A DNA stretch of 63,778 nt, filler included, from Octopus bimaculoides (taxonomy: Eukaryota), in assembly GCF_001194135.2 (NCBI RefSeq). It is 5 parts of 4 records of this genome, joined end to end, with 100 filler letters (N's around TTAATTAATTAA, not from the genome) between each part and the next. Parts side by side here need not be neighbours in the genome. Positions count along the whole stretch, not along the records: positions 55,992 to 62,118 come from NC_068993.1; positions 62,219 to 63,778 come from NC_069008.1; 3 more parts are not named here. One strand, written 5' to 3'. Below the pieces are notes generated by a model that ran no database searches, was not told the origin of the DNA, and saw only the letters and a list, made by a program, of their open reading frames with translations. The position numbers were made by a program, and so were the translations under genes. This document shows positions 61,832 through 63,778 of the stretch, piece after piece; the first letter of the stretch is position 1, and each line of letters starts with the position of its first letter.

Positions 61832-61906
61832 AGCTGTTTCTTTATGGCGACCCCAATCGTCATTCCATGTACAGAAAGTCCAACGCGGATGGAAGAGTGT
61901 CCCGAC
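61832..61906 (-). CDS. Candidate exon, phase 0->0, VGTLFHPRWTFCTWNDDWGRHKETA
   Basis: CTGCTTAG| and GCT|GTAAGC. Phase-compatible with the 60954-61053 exon. Confidence 0.25.
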
Positions 61907-62085
61907 CTAAGCAGTTGAACGCAGTTGGACATTTGTAGGTTACAACGTTTGTTCGAACCTTCTACTTATGCAAGTGAGAGTGAATAGTTATCTGAAAGGT
62001 CATGGAAGCAAAGTTGAAAATTGCATAAACAACCATCACGCAAAAGGAGGCGGCAATCATCTGCGAAGATGGCAAAATCACTATG

Positions 62086-62118
<33 letters not shown>

Positions 62119-63436
62119 NNNNNNNNNNNNNNNNNNNNNNNNNNNNNNNNNNNNNNNNNNNNTTAATTAATTAANNNNNNNNNNNNNNNNNNNNNNNNNN
62201 NNNNNNNNNNNNNNNNNNTGTGTGTGTGTGCACGCGCGAGTGAGAGGGGACGCGTTTTTTGTTTGTAATTAAGAAGCGACGATAATTTATAGAATACATG
62301 TAAAAACATGTGAACATTTCGTAAATATTGCTTGAAAGCTTTCAACAAAAGTAAATGAAACCTAGAGTGTTTTCTTTTCATAACATAAGGAAAGATAACA
62401 TTCGCCATGTTAAACATCGACAATTAAAATCGAATGAGTACTGATGCAGAACTATGAACAAATACTCGTTGTCTCATTTACATCGATGTATTTAAAAGCT
62501 TTTGCAGATTGGAATCTTCTGTATAGCGACGTTCACTTTTCAGCTTTTGTCTCAAAACAAAAGATCCCATCACCTGGTATCAAAGCTGTAACGCCACCAT
62601 CACAAACACTACAGCAACAACATTACAAACATCGAAACAAGTTGTAATAATTACACAGCCGCATTTTCTGTATGTTTAGTGAAGGGCATGTCTCTATTCT
62701 AGGCCTTCTTTTCTTCATCGCACTCAAAGGCGATATCTCTGTGGAGGAATACTGATCTGATATTGGATGGTACTGACAGCAGTGGACAGTCTGTGTCTTT
62801 TGGTCATTTATGGACACTCTCGAGTCTGTGAGTAAGACTGATATGAGAACATAAGACTAAGAGCAGTGGCCAGTGCAAGAATTTACGAAGAGTCCTGACG
62901 TCTGTGGGAAACAGATGTGAGTAACAGAGAGAAATATTCACAGTAAAAGACAATAGGGAGAGCGGAGACGAGTTGTGGCATTAATGAACACTCCTGACAT
63001 CAATACATTACATGACCACCTGAAGTGTATGGACGGTGCTCTTCGTCGGTGAAAGTAAGCAGGTTTTCCTCACAATTTCTGGTGCGCGTGTGTGTGTGTG
63101 CGTATAAGTGTGTGTGAGTGTGTGTGTATGTGTTATGTATGTGTGTGTGTGCGTATACGTGTGTGTGAGTGTGTGTGTGTATGTCTTATGTATGTGTGTG
63201 TATATATGTGTGTGTGTGCGTATAAGTGTGTGTGTGTGCATGTGTTATGTATGTGTGTGTGTGTGTGTGTGTGTGTTTGTGTGTGAGTGTGTGCGTGTGC
63301 ATTGTGAAGGGAACGATAATTTGTGTTATTATCTAATGCTCAGATCAAATCTGACGAAGCAGAACTATGGCCAAAGACATTCCAGATGCGACAATCTCGT
63401 CTATATATATATATATACATACATATATATTGTGTA

Positions 63437-63778
63437 TCTATATATATAAAAATGAGAATGTGTGTCTGTCTGTCTCTGTGTGTGTGTGTGTGTTTCCCTA
63501 AAACTCGAGAACTACACAACCAATTTCATTCAAATTTTACACATGTCTTACTTAGGGTTCCGGTTGTGTTTTAGTCAAAACAAAATTTTTAACTTCTTGC
63601 AGAGTTCGAGCCCACGGCAACATCATATCTCCTCCACTATTTAAGTATTACGTGTTAAAAGTGAAACAAAAACACTCATGTCAAATACTTTCACTTTAAA
63701 AATGAAACTATTCCACTAACTGAAACAATCACATTTCTATACTGTAATGACAGATACTTTCACTTTAATGGTGTATAT
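63437..63778 (+). mobile_element. Helitron-type element 5' end (runs off window)
   Basis: A|TCTATATATATAAAAATGAG start followed by a GTCT/GT microsatellite, typical of non-autonomous animal Helitrons. Confidence 0.6.

Noticed and set aside
62440-62910. Lectin-like or signal-peptide-like ORF pieces
   Set aside because: The frames are broken by stops on both strands and the implied intron is only 33 nt; probably a decayed element.

Overview
AT-rich, gap-riddled animal genomic DNA with dense microsatellites and about 20 N-gaps. The tRNA-headed SINE families, RTE 3' ends with (GAT)n tails and (TA/CA/TATC)n density suggest a coleoid cephalopod, most likely Octopus; this is inferred from repeat types, not from a search. 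Most of the window is decayed transposons: RTE, R4/Dong-like and other RLE LINEs, an L1/Tx1-like RT scrap, Penelope-like RT, mariner copies and MITEs, a piggyBac-like MITE, Helitrons and more than 20 SINE copies. No complete protein-coding gene, tRNA, rRNA or CRISPR array can be supported. Several isolated AG/GT-bounded open frames on both strands are candidate exons of unidentified spliced genes (best: 26601-26809 + and 35449-35529 +). The most interesting signals are: (1) a Helitron-linked inverted minisatellite packed with overlapping STAT-GAS and kB-like motifs; (2) Dong-like LINEs repeatedly sitting in SINE (TTA)n tails; (3) SINE tandem arrays spaced by copies of a short target-like repeat; (4) several long fold-back hairpins that could be ADAR or small-RNA substrates; (5) a CpG-depleted block bounded by artificial linker gaps. 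All function claims are hypotheses.
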